64,000 nucleotides of DNA from an uncultured Chloroflexia bacterium (GCA_963715295.1 CAVQRP010000022.1:24-64023), one strand, 5' to 3'. Positions 44,757 through 55,625 are shown, counted from the first letter of the stretch. Notes: a model not told the origin generated them from the letters alone. Translations and numbers: made by a program.

Positions 44757-46124
44757 CTAGCTCGGCCAGCTGTCGTCGATGGCCTGGAGCACCGCCTCGG
44801 TGTTCTCGCCGTTGGCAGCGATCCAATCGACCATGCCGGTCCAGAACGAACCCGCACCGACGGCCGCCGGCATCAGGTCAGAGGCGTCGAAGCGGAAGTC
44901 CGTAGCGCTCGCCAGGAGACCGGCCGCGACCTCGGACTTGTAGTTGCCCTCGTACCACTCGCCGGGCACGTTGGTGTTGGCCGCGATGGCGCTGCCGAGC
45001 TTCACCCAGCCTTCGATGCCTTCAGGCATCGAGAGGAACTGCGCGAAGGCACGTGCCTCGGGCGTGTCGTTGAACATGACCAGGCCGTCACCGGCACCGA
45101 GCGCCGGGTTCTGCGCCGGATCGACCGGGGGCAGCGGGAAGATGCCGATGTCCTCACCGATCACGTACTGGCTGGGCTCGCCGCTGGCACGCTGATCCGG
45201 GAAGAAGTCCGGGCCGTACCAGAACGGGATGATGTGCATCCAGCAGCCGGGCGTGAGCGTGTCGCCATCGAACATGGGGTCCATCGGGGTGCGCTGCTCG
45301 AGCGCAGTGATGGCCGTGTTGCCGCCGAGGACGTAGTCCGGCGTGAAATAGATCTGTGCGACCAGCTCCAGGGCTGCCTTCACCTCGTCGGAGTTGAAGG
45401 GCAGCTCGTGGCTGACCCACTTGTCATAGGCCTCGACCCCGGCCGTGCGCAGCATGGCCGCCTCGACGAGGTCGGTCGCCTGCCAGCCGGTGGCCGTTCC
45501 GGCCTCTATGCCCACGCAGAACGGGTTGGAGCCGGCCGCCACGATCTGGTCAGCCAAGGCGAGCAGCTCATCCCACGTCTGCGGGATGGCGTAGCCGGCT
45601 TCTTCGAAGGCCTTGATGGGGTACCAGACAACGCCCTTGACGTCGACCTTGTAGGGGATGGCGTACTGCTCACCATCGACCTGGTAGAGGCTGTTGGTCG
45701 CAGACTGCCCGTCCAGCGAACCTTCGGGCATGAAGGTGTTGACGTCGACAGCGGTGCCTTCGGTGCCGTATTGGTTGATCGATGCCGGCTGGCCCAGCAT
45801 GGCCAAGTCGGGCGGGTTGCCGCCCTGCACGCGCGAGCGCAGCACGGTCTCGTGGCTGGAGCCGATCTGGTCGTGGGCGATGGTGATCCCGGTCGCATCC
45901 GCGAACGGCTGGTAGGCCGTCTTGAAGTTTTCGCCCTCGCCGCCGGTCCATTGTGTCTGGATGACAACGCGTGACCCGGTGAAGTCGCCCGCGAGCGCCT
46001 GATCGAGCTCCGGAAGTCCGGTCTCCATCATCTCGTCCTGGGCTACGACGCCGACGCTACTGAATGTGAGGGCCATCGTTGCCAGCGCGGTGCCGGCGAT
46101 GGTCCATCGCTTGGTTCGGTGCAT
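44757..46124 (-). CDS. extracellular sugar-binding protein of the ABC transporter
   Basis: Intact 455-aa ORF with AAGGAGGAGG RBS and signal peptide MHRTKRWTIAGTALATMALTFSSVGVVAQ. Confidence 0.9.
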   Translation of the reverse strand: MHRTKRWTIAGTALATMALTFSSVGVVAQDEMMETGLPELDQALAGDFTGSRVVIQTQWTGGEGENFKTAYQPFADATGITIAHDQIGSSHETVLRSRVQGGNPPDLAMLGQPASINQYGTEGTAVDVNTFMPEGSLDGQSATNSLYQVDGEQYAIPYKVDVKGVVWYPIKAFEEAGYAIPQTWDELLALADQIVAAGSNPFCVGIEAGTATGWQATDLVEAAMLRTAGVEAYDKWVSHELPFNSDEVKAALELVAQIYFTPDYVLGGNTAITALEQRTPMDPMFDGDTLTPGCWMHIIPFWYGPDFFPDQRASGEPSQYVIGEDIGIFPLPPVDPAQNPALGAGDGLVMFNDTPEARAFAQFLSMPEGIEGWVKLGSAIAANTNVPGEWYEGNYKSEVAAGLLASATDFRFDASDLMPAAVGAGSFWTGMVDWIAANGENTEAVLQAIDDSWPS

Positions 46125-46324
46125 TGCACCTCCTCCTTGATCCCGCTCGAACGTCGAGCGAGATGGGTTGATGAAACGGCGCGAAGCGCTTCGGTGCGCC
46201 CGGCCGGTCGTTCAGGCGGTCGCTGCCCTCCTCCCTTCGCGTCCTCTCTGTGGCAGGGCGCGATCGGCCTCGTTACAGGGAATGCTAGTCCTGATAGCCC
46301 ATCGAATCCGGGCCGTTGCGCACG

Positions 46325-47551
46325 TCATGCGGCGAGTGCGAGCCCAAGCTCGGATGTCATCAGCATGGCCGCCGCACCCAGTGCCACAGCGTCGTCACCG
46401 GTACGGCCGAAATGGATGTGGCTGCGCTCGATGAGCAGCGACAAGGCGGAGCGCTGAGCCTCCGCACGAACGGCGTCCAGCCAGGGTTGGCCGAACTCGG
46501 TCATGGGTCCGATGAGCACGACGTCACGCGCCCCCAGCGTCCCGATCATGGCCGCCAGCACGCGGCCCACCGGTGGCCCTGCCTCGAGAACGACCTGGCG
46601 TGCCAGCACGTCCCCTTCCCGGAAGGCCGCCAACAGTGCCTCGTGCGTGACCGGCGCCCCAGCGAGGCACGACTCCGGTCGCGTGAGCACGAGATGGGAC
46701 GCGCGCTCGAGGACAGCCCGGAGGCTGGCGACCGTCTCCAGGCAGCCGGTGCCACCGCAGCGACAGCGGATGTCCTCATCCGTCACGCGCGTGTGCCCGA
46801 TCTCGCCGGCACCCGAGTCATCGCCGGCGTAGACACGGCCGCCGATGACGATGCCGGCGCCGATACCGACACCGACCTTCACCACTACCATCGAAGACGA
46901 GGTGTCATGGTGGCCGAAGGCCCACTCGGCCATGGCAGATGCCTGCGAGTCGTTGACCACCACGGTCGGCAGTCCCGTCAGCCGCGCCAGCCGCTCTCCC
47001 ACCGGGATGTCGTGCCAGTCCAGACCCACGGCCCAGCGTACCCGGCCGGCCGGCTGGTCGATGAGCCCCGGCGTGCCGATGCCGACACCGACGAGCGGCC
47101 GCTCAGCGAGGTCAGCCAGTGCTATCACCAAGCTCTCCAACTCCTCCAGGGCGGCCTCGCCGTCGCGTCCATGGAGGTCGCGCGATTCACGCGCGCAGAC
47201 CTCACCATGGAGGTTGACCACGGCGCCGCTCAGTCGGTCGCGGTCCACGTCGACGCCCACCAATTGACGGGCGTCCGGCAGGACACGCAGCAGGATGGGG
47301 GCCTTGCCTCCGGTCGAGGGCCCGGTGCCGGCCTCGACCACCAGGTCGTCCAGGATCAGGCCCTCCACGAGATCCGACACGGTGGTACGGGTGAGGCCCG
47401 TGGCGCGCGCGACGTCTGCACGGCTCAGGGGACCGAGCTCGTAGATAGTGCGCAGCACCAGCCGCACGTTGGCGCGCCGGGTCTGACCATGGGTCGCCTT
47501 GGCAAGCGTGGCGGTGGGCACGAACCTCACTTTGTCAGCGGACTGGACCAA
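46325..47551 (-). CDS. ROK family transcriptional regulator (TTG start in ORF track; true start may be downstream)
   Basis: Intact 408-aa ORF. N-terminal wHTH LSRADVARATGLTRTTVSDLV, ROK motif GAGEIGH, and zinc motif CRCGGTGCLE. Confidence 0.9.
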   Translation of the reverse strand: MVQSADKVRFVPTATLAKATHGQTRRANVRLVLRTIYELGPLSRADVARATGLTRTTVSDLVEGLILDDLVVEAGTGPSTGGKAPILLRVLPDARQLVGVDVDRDRLSGAVVNLHGEVCARESRDLHGRDGEAALEELESLVIALADLAERPLVGVGIGTPGLIDQPAGRVRWAVGLDWHDIPVGERLARLTGLPTVVVNDSQASAMAEWAFGHHDTSSSMVVVKVGVGIGAGIVIGGRVYAGDDSGAGEIGHTRVTDEDIRCRCGGTGCLETVASLRAVLERASHLVLTRPESCLAGAPVTHEALLAAFREGDVLARQVVLEAGPPVGRVLAAMIGTLGARDVVLIGPMTEFGQPWLDAVRAEAQRSALSLLIERSHIHFGRTGDDAVALGAAAMLMTSELGLALAA

Positions 47552-47602
47552 GTAAGCGTAGCGCCCTTTGTCAAGTCCCTTTACAAAGAGGCTGGCCGGC
47601 AG

Positions 47603-49604
47603 TCAGGTGGCCCTGGCGGCCTCGACCTCGGCCCCGGCGGGGGCTGGCGCGCTCGCCGTCGATGTGCGCCCCACCAGCACCCTTGATTCGCGCACCCCGC
47701 GCCCACCACCTGATCGGGAGCGCTTGTGCGTGTACATGGCCGCGTCGGCGGCCTGCAGCAGTGCCTTGCCGGTATGCCCATCCTGAGGGTGCAGGGCGAG
47801 GCCCACACTGCAGGTCACACGCACGACGGAGCCGTCCGCCATGGGGTGGTCGAGTTGCGCCACCGCTGCCTCAGCACGGCGGGCCACCTTGCCAGCCTCG
47901 CTGGCGTCGGTATCGGGCATCAGCACCACGAACTCATCGCCGCCGTAGCGGGCGACGACATCGCTGGTACGTACGGCGGCGCGCAGGGCTCCGGCGATGG
48001 CACGCAGCACGCGGTCACCGGCTTGGTGGCCGTGCTCGTCGTTGATGCGCTTGAAGTCGTCGAGGTCCACCATCAGCAGGCTTAGCGGTGAATGGGCGCG
48101 CGCCGCGCGCGCTGTCTCCTGACGCACCCGATCCTGCAGGTGGCGGTGGCTGTAGACGCCGGTGACCAGGTCGGTCTCGGCTGCGTCTCGCAGCTGGCGC
48201 ACCAGAGCGTGCATTCTCCAGGGCTGAGGCGACCTGGTTGGCCATCGTGCGCAAGAGCGCCATCTCCCCGTCGCGGAACCGGCGCCCGCTGTGCTCGCTG
48301 ATGAACTCGACCACGCCGACCACCCGACCTGTCGCGGTCAGCGGCAACAGCAGCGTGGCGGCACCGCCGAGTGCCCGCAACCGGTCCAGCTCCGCCGGGT
48401 CCAGTTCGTCGACGAGCGGATCGAGCCAAAGCGGCTCGTCGCTGAGCAGGACCTGACGCAGGGCGCGGTGGGCAGAGAGGTCACGCATGGGGCCGATGAG
48501 CGGTCGACCATCGGCACCGACTGGGAGCAGCTTGCCGCTCTCCTCGTCCCAGCGCGAGATCAGACACGCATGCATGCTCGCGGCCTGGCGCAGCTTGCCC
48601 GCCAGGACACAGGCGAGGTCCCGCTCATCAGAGGCTCCGCCGCCGGCCTGGCTGATATCCAGCAGGGCCGCCAGCTCGGCGACGTGCCGGTCACGCTCGG
48701 CCAGCAGGCGCGCATTCTCGATGGCCACGGCAGCCTGGTCGGCGAGCACACCGAGCAGCCGCAGCTCGTCCTCGGAGAAGCGGCTCAGACCCAGACGAGA
48801 AAGCACGACCACTCCGATGACCCGGCCCTCCGAGCGGAGCGGCGCCAGCAGCATCGACTCTTCGGCCAGGTCGGGCGAGCCCGGGACCTGCACGGCGCGC
48901 GGATCGCGCGCGGCGTCGTGCACGATGAGCTGCTGCCCGTTGGCCGCGACCCAGCCGGTGATGCCCTCCCCGACCGTGACGCGCAGGTCGGCGGCAGATT
49001 CACCGAGGTATTCGGGGGCGTGCGGCGTGAATGCGACCGGGTCCAGCGTCTCGCCATCCTCGCGCAACACGTAGACGCGTGCGTTGTCGAACGCCACCAC
49101 GCGCTGGGTCTGCGAGCACAGCGCGGCGCTGACCTCCTCCACGCTGGTCAGGCGTGTCAGCTGGGCCGCCACGGACTGCACCGCCTCGAACTGGGCAGAC
49201 CAGGCGATCGGACGGGGGCCCAGGCGAGTGGCCACGTTGTGAACCAGTTGCCTGGCCTTGACCCGCGCGAGGGCGATGTCCTCATCATTGAAGGGCTCGC
49301 TGCGTTTCCGTTCGAGCACCAGCAGACCGCCACGCTCGTCGGGCAGCGCCAGGCGGGCGACGGCGCCAGCCACGGAGACATCCTTGCGCCTGCTTGACAG
49401 GAACCGGCGTAGCCCTCGATCGGGCGCGGACGGCGACGGATCGGGGCGCATCGGAGGTGACAGGGGCTCACCCTGCCAGACCGAGGCGATCAGCTCCAGC
49501 ACGCCGTCGCCTCGATCGAAATAGAGATAGGCACCCTGGTCTGCCTCTACCGCCAGCGCGAGCCGCTGGAGTGCCGTCGTCGCCTCCTGAGCCAGCATGT
49601 TCAC
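47603..49604 (-). CDS. GAF-domain diguanylate cyclase (GAF repeats plus GGDEF); one frame switch near 48215
   Basis: ORF 48015..49604 holds the GAF-like repeats (GITGWVAANGQQLIV...). ORF 47603..48214 carries LMVDLDDFKRINDEHGHQAGD and RYGGDEFVVLM. Confidence 0.85.
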
Positions 49605-50227
49605 GCGTGGTGGACTGGCTGTGGCAATGACCCCGCCACCGCCACCGTCGACGTTCCGGGCCGGCGCATGGCTGCGACCAGAAAGACGATGGCCCCGAGC
49701 GCGATCACGGCATCGCCAACGGAGAAGGCGGACGCCAGCGGCAGGGCTCGCGGGAAGACGAAGATGTCCCCCAGGAAGGGGAACAGCGTGTCGGGTCCGA
49801 TGAGCGTGATATTGGAGTAGTAGGCGACCGGGATGGCGGCGGTGCCGGTGAGCTCCAGCCAGGCGTCGGGCGAGGACGGCATGTAACCACCGTTGGCCAG
49901 CACGGGAATGAGGTTCAGGATGGCCCCAGCGGCCAGGATGGGCAGGCCGGGAAGGCGAAGATTGCGGAGCAGCGCGGCCAGGACGGCAAGAGTCGAGAGG
50001 ACGTAGACGAGCGGTCCCTCGGCCCCGATGCGCTCCTGGATGGGGTCAGCGAACAGGACCAGCTGCACCAGCAGGCCAGCCAGCGCCAGTTGCCACCAGA
50101 CGAAGCGAATGCCCTCCAGGTTGCGCACACGACCACCGGCGAGCCGACCGATGATCAGGCCGGCGGCGATGGAATAGAGCAGCAACACCTGGCTTCGGAG
50201 CCTCCGGTATCGACGACGCCGGCGCAC
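49601..50227 (-). CDS. DUF5317-like membrane protein
   Basis: ORF-track 208 aa, polytopic (LLLYSIAAGLIIGRLAGGRVRNLEGIRFVWWQLALAGLLVQLVLF). Its stop overlaps the GTG start of the cyclase (GTGA). Confidence 0.65.
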   Translation of the reverse strand: MRRRRRYRRLRSQVLLLYSIAAGLIIGRLAGGRVRNLEGIRFVWWQLALAGLLVQLVLFADPIQERIGAEGPLVYVLSTLAVLAALLRNLRLPGLPILAAGAILNLIPVLANGGYMPSSPDAWLELTGTAAIPVAYYSNITLIGPDTLFPFLGDIFVFPRALPLASAFSVGDAVIALGAIVFLVAAMRRPGTSTVAVAGSLPQPVHHA

Positions 50228-50340
50228 ATGGCGCCGGCGGCAGGGTCGACTTCGAGTCGCGCTGGGCTGGGTGGTCGGGGCCGGCCAGCGGCGCGAGGAG
50301 GATCGCTACCGGCCCCTGGGTCAGTCTCGGAACGTCGGTC

Positions 50341-50424
50341 CTACCAGCGGAACGGGGCCGCCAGCACGAGCACGAACGATGCCACCACCGCGAGGCGGAG
50401 CGCCAAGTCCTTGAATCGGCTCAT
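50341..50424 (-). CDS. candidate 27-aa hydrophobic micropeptide
   Basis: GGAG RBS lies 6 nt before the ATG at 50424: MSRFKDLALRLAVVASFVLVLAAPFRW*. It sits upstream of the DUF5317-cyclase pair. The only support is the RBS and hydrophobicity. Confidence 0.3.
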   Translation of the reverse strand: MSRFKDLALRLAVVASFVLVLAAPFRW

Positions 50425-50674
50425 CACTATCTCCACTTGGATCCGGGGCCCTGGCCCTGGGTGGTTGCGAGTGCTCGGGTCTCGGTCGGGGGGACATCCC
50501 TGACGCTCTGCATAGTCGCGGTCACGCCCGCCACCCTCCATGGCGAAGTGGTACTAGGACGGGGTTTGACACAGCGCACCGCTCCTGCCGAACCCCGGCC
50601 CCAGGGGTCTGACCATCGGGCCCGGCCGGGATGAGGCGTCCATCTCCCCGGCAGCTGGCGCGTATGCTGCGTCG

Positions 50675-51253
50675 ATGACCGACGATCACCTCATCGAGAC
50701 GACAGTGGAGCGCCGCGTCCTGCACCGCGGTCGCTTCATCACCTTCCGCATCGACACCATCGAGGATCCACGGGGCAAGCAGCACACCCGCGAGGTCGTG
50801 GAGCACCCCGGCGCCGTTGGCATCGTCCCACTGCACGGCGAGGAGGTGCTGATGGTGCGTCAGTTCCGCACCCCCGTGGCACAGGTGCTCCTCGAGCTCC
50901 CCGCCGGCACGCTCGATCGAATGCCCGACGGCACCATCGAGGACCCGGACGATGCCGCACCGCGTGAGCTGGCCGAGGAGACGGGCTATCGCGCCGCGAC
51001 GTGGCGCTCACTGGGTCGCTTCTGGACGGCGCCCGGCTTCACCGACGAGCTGATGCACCTGTACCTGGCCACCGACCTGACAGCAGTCCGCGAGTACAAG
51101 GGCCCGGACGTGGACGAGTACCTGGACCTGGTGCGCGTGCCCTGGCGGGACGCCGTGGCCATGGCTGAGGCCGGAGATATCCACGATGCCAAGACGTTGG
51201 TCGGGCTCTTGCGCCTGGCTCGACTGGCCGCCGCCGGCGAATTACCCCGGTAG
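50675..51253 (+). CDS. NUDIX hydrolase (ADP-ribose pyrophosphatase-like)
   Basis: Intact 192-aa ORF with Nudix box GTLDRMPDGTIEDPDDAAPRELAEETGY. Confidence 0.9.
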   Translation: MTDDHLIETTVERRVLHRGRFITFRIDTIEDPRGKQHTREVVEHPGAVGIVPLHGEEVLMVRQFRTPVAQVLLELPAGTLDRMPDGTIEDPDDAAPRELAEETGYRAATWRSLGRFWTAPGFTDELMHLYLATDLTAVREYKGPDVDEYLDLVRVPWRDAVAMAEAGDIHDAKTLVGLLRLARLAAAGELPR

Positions 51254-52280
51254 CCACTCCCGCAGGTCGACCGCGCTGAGGCGCGGGCTGGGCGTGATCC
51301 CGGGGATGCGACCGCGCTTGGCGATGGCGACGCCGTCGATCTCCTTGAGGTCGCCGGTGAAGTCGATGGGCGAGGCGCCGCTGATGTAGCTGCCCACCGC
51401 GAAGTAGTCGACCGGCGCGCCGGCGTCCTTGAAGTAGCGGATGCGATCGGGAGTGAGGCCGCCGGAGACGATGATCTTGACGTGCTCGAAGCCGTCGAGG
51501 TCGAGCCGCGCGCGGACCTCCATCACCAGGTCAGCCGTGACCCGGCCGCGCTCGGACGGGGTGTCCAGTCGCACCCCGTAGAGCCGGTCGCCCGAGCGCG
51601 TGCGCCACGCGCAGCGACTCCTCGGCCTCGTCCTTGAAGGTGTCGACCAGCACGATGCGCGGCACGTCCGCCGCCACGTGCCGATCGAACGCCTCGGCGG
51701 CCCGCACGGTGTCGCCGATGACGAGCACCAGCGAATGCGGCATCGTGCCGGTCGGTGCCAGGCCGGCCAGCCGCGCGCCGGCCGGCGTCGATGCACCCAC
51801 GCAGCCACCCACGATGGCGGCGTAGTCGAGCGCATCGGTGATGTGCGGATGGACGTGCCGCGCACCGAAGCTGATGACCGGCTGCGGGGACGCCGCCTGC
51901 GACGCACTCGCGGGCCGCCTTGGCCCAGCCGGTCGACTGCGCCAGCATGCCCAGGATGGCGGTCTCGTACAGGCCGAAGGCGCGGTAGCGCGCCTTGATG
52001 CGCAGGACGATCTCCTTGGGCGAGAAGGTGTCGCCGTCGGACAGCGACTCGACGACGTGCTCCTCGCCGCTCTCGACCAGCACCGATGCCAGCAGCACCT
52101 TGGCCTCGTCGATGCCGCAGAGGATGCCCTGCCGCGCGGGAGAAGACCTCCATGACCACGACCGGGTCCAGGCCCTCGCCCTCGAGGATCTCCTCGGCAC
52201 GCGCGAAGTAGACGTCCGCCGAATCTCCGCTGAGGACGTCGCTGGAAGGTCGGCGCCGCTGCCCGGGTCACGCTCTCCAT
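51242..52280 (-). CDS. nicotinate phosphoribosyltransferase, archaeal/Ta1145-like type; 4 or more frame switches
   Basis: Stitched from ORFs 51531..52475, 51242..52159 and 51523..52200: SADVYFARAEEIL, FGLYETAILGMLAQSTGWAKAA, TGTMPHSLVLVIGD, VRLDTPSERG, KIIVSGGL, IDFTGDLKEIDGVAIAKRG. Confidence 0.8.
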
Positions 52281-52464
52281 CAGGCTCGCGAGTGTAGCGA
52301 CTGCAGCGGGTGCAGCACGATACGATCCGGGCAGCGCGGCCCTAGCTGCGGTCGTCACTGAGGCGTCAGGCTGACCGTCGTCCGTGCCGATGAGCTCGGC
52401 GAGCTCTGCGGCGTAGCGATCGAAGAGCGCTGCCTGCCGCGACGGACGGTCCATGGCCGGGCGC

Positions 52465-52892
52465 TCACTTGGCACCCGGGAAGAGCCAGACGACCGATCG
52501 GTCGAGCGTCAGGTCGCAGACCGTGAACAGGCGCGCGAGGGCGATGCCCAGCGCATCGCGGTCGAGGTGCGCGACCGGCAGCTCGGACGGTGAGAACGGG
52601 ACGATCGTCGGCCGAGAGCGGCGAACTTGACGAACGGCAGCTCGTCGTTCCAGCGCAGGAACTGGCGGTAGGAGACGCGGAAGGAGTCGTTGAAGGGCGG
52701 CGCGAAGTGGACCCACAGCAGGATGGCGCTAGCCGGGTCGAGGATGAGGGTGAGGCGGATGTCGGCCCGGCGTCGCCCGTCGAGCCGCAGGTCCCAGCTG
52801 CTGATGCCGTCGCGCTCGCCGCGGTCGATCGGCTCAAGGCCGAGCTCGGCCAACCAGGCGCCCACGTCGTCGGCAGCGATGGTCGGCGGCAC
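52465..52892 (-). CDS. YbjN-like domain protein; one frame switch
   Basis: From the GTG at 52892: VGAWLAELGLEPIDRGERDGISSWDLRLDG...SYRQFLRWNDELPFVKFA (tail of ORF 52509..53276). It then continues in ORF 52465..52716 frame, ending LARLFTVCDLTLDRSVVWLFPGAK*. Confidence 0.55.
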
Positions 52893-52906
52893 CGGCGCTG
52901 GGTCGG

Positions 52907-54191
52907 TCAGGCCTTGCGTGTGCGCGTCCGGCGCGGCTTGTGCTCGACGCTGCCGCCGCTCTTGACGCGCTTCGACGTGAAGTCGGCCGGCCGCACATCC
53001 CTCGGCGATGCGCACGTTGCGCCCGATGCGCGCCGAAGCGGGGATGACGGCGCGCTTGCCGACGACGGTGATGCCCGTGTTGAGCCGCTCGGGCTCATCC
53101 ACATTGGGCGTGTCGAAGTCGTTGCCCGTGCCGATGATGGCGTTGGGCCCGACGTAGACCTCCTTGTCGAGGATGGCCCGGTCCACGACGGCACCGGCGC
53201 GGATGTGGGTGTCGAACATGATCACGCTGTCGCGCACGATGGCGCCGGGATCGACGCGCACGCCGGGCGACAGCACCGAGTGCTCGACGGTGCCGGCGAT
53301 GAGTGCAGCCGTGGCTGATGAGGCTGCGGTGGACGTTGGCGGTCGAGCCCGATGCGCGCGGGGGCACGCTCCTCCGAGCGGGTGTGGACGACCCAGTCAC
53401 GATCGTAGAGGTCGAGCGGCGGATGGTCGTCCAGCAGCTCCATCTGGGCCTCCCAGTAGCTGTGGACGGTGCCCACGTCCTGCCAGTAGCCCTCGAAGCG
53501 ATGGCCGTAGACGCGGGCACCGGCTTCGAGCATGGCGGGGATGACGTTCTTGCCGAAGTCGTTGCGCTCCTCCGCCCAGCCACTTGTCAAGCGCTCTTCG
53601 GCTGAACACGTAGATGCCCAGGCTGGCCAGGTCGCTCTTGGGCTTGCGCGACTTCTCCTGCCACTCGGTGACCGCGTCGCTGTCATCGAGGGCCAGGACG
53701 CCGAAACGGTGCGCGTCCTCGATGGGCACCGGCTTGACCGCGATGGTGACATCCGCACGCTTGCGACGGTGCTGCTGGATGAACGGGCCGTAGTCCATCT
53801 TGTAGATATGGTCGCCGGCCAGCACGAGCACGATGTCGGCACCCGACTGGCGGATGGCATCGAGGTTGGCAGCGACCGCGTCGGCGGTGCCCCGGTACCA
53901 CTCCCGCGGCCGGCCGCGCGCCACGAACGGCTGGAAGATGCGGATGCCGCCGCTGTTGCGGTCGAGGTCCCAGGGACGACCGGCACCGATGTGGTCGTTG
54001 AGCGACAGCGGCGCGTACTGCGTCAGGACGATGACGTTGGTCAGGCCGGAGTTGACGCAGTTGGACAGCGTGAAGTCGATGATGCGGTACTTGCCCGCGA
54101 ACGGCACTGCGGGCTTGGCGCGGACGCCGGAGAGGAGTGAAAGACGTTCTCCCTCGCCGCCGGCGAGGATGACCGCCAGTGTTCGGCTCAC
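52907..54191 (-). CDS. glgC: glucose-1-phosphate adenylyltransferase; 3 or more frame switches
   Basis: The GTG at 54191 gives [17 protein letters not shown]...[15 protein letters not shown] (ORF 53397..55574 tail). It continues in ORF 53222..53986 ([10 protein letters not shown]), ORF 52509..53276 (left-handed beta-helix repeats) and ORF 52907..53194 tail. Confidence 0.9.
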
Positions 54192-54440
54192 AGGTCCGAT
54201 GCTACACCGCCACCACCGTCGGCCGCGCGCGGTTCCGACACGCCGCCGAAGGGTGCGTCCGCCGGTCCGACCCACCCGATGGTCACCCGGACCCCGAGAC
54301 GCATGCCCCACATCGAACATGGCCGGGGCCTTCCTAGCATCGCGATGCGGTCGTTCCCCAAGCCGGTGCCCACCGGATGTTCGGGACCTGTCGAGCGCCG
54401 CCACGAGCACGGGAGAGACGACGCTGTGCCTGCCATCGCG

Positions 54441-55625
54441 ATGCGGACGAGCCCAGTCGCATTTCACCGGCGCCTGCTGATCGGCGTCCTTGCGTTCGTC
54501 CTGCTGTGCTCCTATGGGGCCGCCGTCGCCACCCCGGTCGAAGCCCGCAACTGGACGCGGGAGATCGCCGCAACGCGAGCGAGCCAGATCTACTACGAGA
54601 ACGCCATGCGAGCAGCCGACAGCGAGGTGCGCTCCCTCTCGCGGGCCCGCAAGCAGACGCAACGCACCCTCAGGAAGGTCCGCGTCAACCTGCGTGCTGC
54701 CATCGCGCGGCGGGGTGAGACGAAGCGCCAGCTGCAGGCGACACGGGCACAGCTGGGAGTCGCACGGGCCTCCCTGACGGCCGCCTCGTTCGAGACCCCG
54801 CCACCGCCTGACACGGCCACGGCCATCCTGGCGCTCACCGGACCCGAGGACGACCAGGCAGAACCCGAACGCGCTCTCGTACTGGCGAGCGACCGCGGCC
54901 TGGGCATCCCTGCTGTGTCCGCCATCCAGGTGGCCCAGCCGCTTCGGACCGAAGCGACCGTCGGCGACGTCCTGACCATCGAACGCCAGCTCACGAAGCA
55001 ACAGCGGGCCTTCGGCAAGGCACGCCAGCGCGCACAGCGGGTCGCTCGCGCGGCGCGCATCAAGGGCAGGAGCCTCGCGGCTATCAAGGCGCGACAACGT
55101 AGCGCCACGGCGCGTCGCGAAGGCGCTGAGGCCGCCCTCGGCAGCCGCATCCTGGCGATGTCGCAGCTGGCACAGCGTCGAGTGGCCAAGAAGACGAAGG
55201 TACGCCCCGGCGTCAACAGCGGCTTCACCTGGCCCACCCGGGGTCGACTCAGCCAGGGCTACGGCTGCACCGGCTACCGGCTCAACCCGCCACGTGGGTC
55301 GTGTCGCCACTTCCACGATGGCATCGACGTCAGCGGCTACCGTGGCACTGCCATCCGCGCCGCCGCCGTGGGTGTCGTCAGCTACATCGGCTGGAACCCC
55401 TGGGACCAGGAAGGGCGCGCCTTCATGATCGTCGTCGCCCACCCCGGTGGCTACGAGACCCTGTACGGGCACGCGCTCCCCAGCCGGCAGGTCCGCGTGG
55501 GACAGCTGGTGCGCCGCGGCCAGGTCATCGGCTACATGGGCAGCACCGGGCGCAGCACGGGGGTGCATCTCCACTTCGAGCTCCGCCGCGGACGTACGAC
55601 GCTCAACCCGCTGGCCTTCCTGTAG
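54441..55625 (+). CDS. coiled-coil M23 family metallopeptidase (copy 1)
   Basis: From the ATG at 54441 (alternative 54345) in ORF 54279..55625. TM/signal segment [19 protein letters not shown], Arg/Gln-rich coiled coil, then [23 protein letters not shown] and [14 protein letters not shown]. Confidence 0.85.
   Translation: MRTSPVAFHRRLLIGVLAFVLLCSYGAAVATPVEARNWTREIAATRASQIYYENAMRAADSEVRSLSRARKQTQRTLRKVRVNLRAAIARRGETKRQLQATRAQLGVARASLTAASFETPPPPDTATAILALTGPEDDQAEPERALVLASDRGLGIPAVSAIQVAQPLRTEATVGDVLTIERQLTKQQRAFGKARQRAQRVARAARIKGRSLAAIKARQRSATARREGAEAALGSRILAMSQLAQRRVAKKTKVRPGVNSGFTWPTRGRLSQGYGCTGYRLNPPRGSCRHFHDGIDVSGYRGTAIRAAAVGVVSYIGWNPWDQEGRAFMIVVAHPGGYETLYGHALPSRQVRVGQLVRRGQVIGYMGSTGRSTGVHLHFELRRGRTTLNPLAFL

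Noticed and set aside
46296-46312. T-loop-like string ATCGAATCCGGGC as the missing tRNA-Arg 3' half
   Set aside because: The flanks form no T-stem and there is no acceptor strand. It is most likely a chance match within the ROK/binding-protein spacer.
41357-49397. Long plus-strand ORFs 41357..42640, 44700..45974, 46316..47686 and 48291..49397
   Set aside because: All are antisense to intact, motif-bearing minus-strand genes (GH3, binding protein, ROK, GAF-GGDEF) and show the Arg/Gly/His-rich composition of high-GC shadow frames.
54192-55574. N-terminal 460 aa of the 725-aa ORF 53397..55574
   Set aside because: It is antisense to M23 peptidase copy 1 and compositionally shadow-like. Only the part from the GTG at 54191 downward is glgC.
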